Source: Octopus sinensis (Eukaryota). From it: 64,000 nucleotides of DNA. Shown here one piece after another: positions 61,937-64,000 of this stretch. The stretch spans positions 14,260,001 through 14,324,000 of the forward strand of contig NC_043014.1 of NCBI RefSeq assembly GCF_006345805.1, given 5' to 3'. Within the stretch, counting starts at the first letter, position 1; each line of letters opens with the position of its first letter. The position numbers and the translations under genes were made by a program. Below the pieces are notes generated by a model. It was not told the DNA's origin and did no database searches. It saw only the letters and a list, made by a program, of their open reading frames with translations.

Positions 61937-62569
61937 GTGTTGTGTCAGGTCACTTTCGAGTGCTACTGATAACGTGTAACCCAGTACAAACTGTTACATG
62001 GTCGGGTCGTCAGCGACCAAACCGCAACCCCACCAAGCTTGCTTGGCGAGGAGGGTGTTTATTGGACACCCTGCGGGATGAAAAACAAAAGCCGTCAAAG
62101 GGCAGAGGAACTCTTGAGAGTCAACGGCCAGCCAATAAATGTCTTAAGGCTGTATCATGCGCGGGGACATAGAAATAATCGGACTGAATACCCGATCGCG
62201 CGGTTAAACCATTGGGAGTGACGGACTCCTAGCCTTTGTTAGGGTATCCTTCTAGGAGAAGGTAACTCAGGTAACTGGGATAACTCCAATATAAAACCTG
62301 CGGCTCAGTGGTTATCGATGATATTGACTTGTTCTTCTTTTCGGATTATGGCTGCTGTTGCTTAGTGAGTGGGATTGACTCAGTGCACAGCCTTTCCTCA
62401 CTTTAAAAAAAATCTTCTTGCACAAGCATTGCACGATAGCAACATACATTGATTAAGCTTCGTGCAATGGCCATACTCGATAACGAGGGGGCAGCCACCA
62501 TGTATGTACGTACGTATGCATGTACGTATGTACGTATGTACGTACGTACGTACGTATGTATGTATGTAT

Positions 62570-63200
62570 TTAGTTGCATATCTAGACATGCTCTTACATA
62601 TTTAAATGATAAACTTCAGGAATGTTTTACAGATTTTTACAGTTCCAATGATGGATTGAATCTGTAGCATTCGAATTAGCTTTCTCCTTTCAGGTTTTGA
62701 GAAGCCTAATATCTCAATATTGGTATTTAGGCAGTGTGCTACATATCCCAGTGCCCTAATAATTACAGGTATAAACCTGCACTTGTAATCTGGATAGAGT
62801 AACTGCAGATTTCTCAGTTGTTCAGTATAGGTGTTCTTTCGTTCACTGATCTTCACCATAATATTCACTGGGAAGTTAACTTCTACGACTGTACAATTTC
62901 TCTTCTCCCAAATCATTATATCAGATCTGTTGTGCTTACATTTTATTGAGGTTTTCACTTGTATATTCCACCAGTATTCCTTTTTATTATGAGTGGCTAT
63001 GGCTTCTATCATATTGTGGCTTATTTCTTTGTCCTCGAGATTATCCTTCCGATGGATTTCATTATGGAGTGTCCTAGCTACAACGTCATGTCTCATCGGT
63101 AGATAATACTGTGATGACATTTTCGGACAATTGTTTATGTTGCATGCCCTTCAAAGTGAGAGCTAGTAACCTAGCTATTCGTCCATGATAAACTGCTTGT
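62570..63200 (-). mobile_element. RLE LINE 3' end (R4/Dong-like)
   Basis: ORF 62602..63120: RHDVVARTLH...YWWN..VKTSIKCKHNRSDIMIW...VVEV...Y..L..LYPDYK..FIPVII.ALG; both ends abut (TATG)n-type repeats. Confidence 0.88.
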
Positions 63201-63517
63201 ATGTATGTATGTATGTATGTATGTATGTATGTATGTATTTTAAATACCTGGATGCGTAACGGTTTTCCAGACCGACTAATTTAACCTAAATTTCTAAATA
63301 CATGTGGTAATTGTTATTAAAGAACACAGCCTCTTTATCTATTTATCTAACACATTATCCATCTGTATTGATTCGATTGATATTAGCTTCTACACTATTC
63401 ACCGCCCTTAACTGTGATATATTTACCACTGAACTATGTATAATTACAGATAAGTATACGATGCGCACGCACGCACACACACACCACACACACACCACAC
63501 ACACACACACACACACA

Positions 63518-63551
<34 letters not shown>

Positions 63552-64000
63552 TTATCTCTCTCTTTCCCTTTACAACAGCTGTTCGTATTGAAACAATGCA
63601 AAGAAATCATTACAGGTCTTGAGATCAATAGTCGGTTTAATATTAATACCTTTATACAAAAATCACTATCACAGAAAACTTTCATAAGATGACTTCTACG
63701 TGAATACCTTTTCTTTTTTCCACTTCTTCTCGCAGTAGGGAGTACGAAAGGACAAGCTGGCGGGAATTACGAGCAAATGAAACGACTCCAAACGATATTC
63801 GACTCTCGGATCGCTCTAACTCTGGTATGACTCATTATTTGTATACGTTTCCTTCTCAATCAATCCTTTTTTCCTATGTTTAAATTGGCCGATTTTGTAC
63901 ATTACATTCATACATACCTACATGCAACCATAATACATACTTACTTATATACATAATGTACGCTATACATAATATACATATAATATATTATACGTAGGCC

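Overview
Eukaryotic, AT-rich, repeat-saturated genomic DNA. The SINE families and microsatellite load look like an octopus (coleoid cephalopod) genome; this is an inference. One host gene is clearly supported: four minus-strand exons (104, 125, 113, 141 nt; TM6 to early TM9) of an SLC6 Na+-dependent amino-acid/neurotransmitter transporter, all missed or only partly caught by the ORF track. The protein has a GlyT/PROT-like exon layout but two unusual binding-site residues: Asp at the Na1 Asn position (as in insect KAAT1) and Cys at the LeuT F259/GlyT2 W482 position. The rest is intronic or intergenic: four tRNA-derived SINE families (dozens of copies, some nested, tandem or folded back), decayed LINEs (R4/Dong-like RLE, CR1-like, Tx1/L1-like, RTE-like), two Penelope-like elements, several MITEs, a 12-bp GC-rich minisatellite, a tRNA-Glu fragment fused to a SINE tail, and a 100-N gap. 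The most unusual non-coding signal is about ten type I hammerhead-ribozyme-like motifs (two or three look near-intact) plus long fold-back palindromes centred on short palindromes of the kind that form hammerhead helix III. Almost all ORF-track entries are microsatellite or SINE noise. Boundaries of decayed repeats are approximate (about 10-30 nt). No computation or database search was run.
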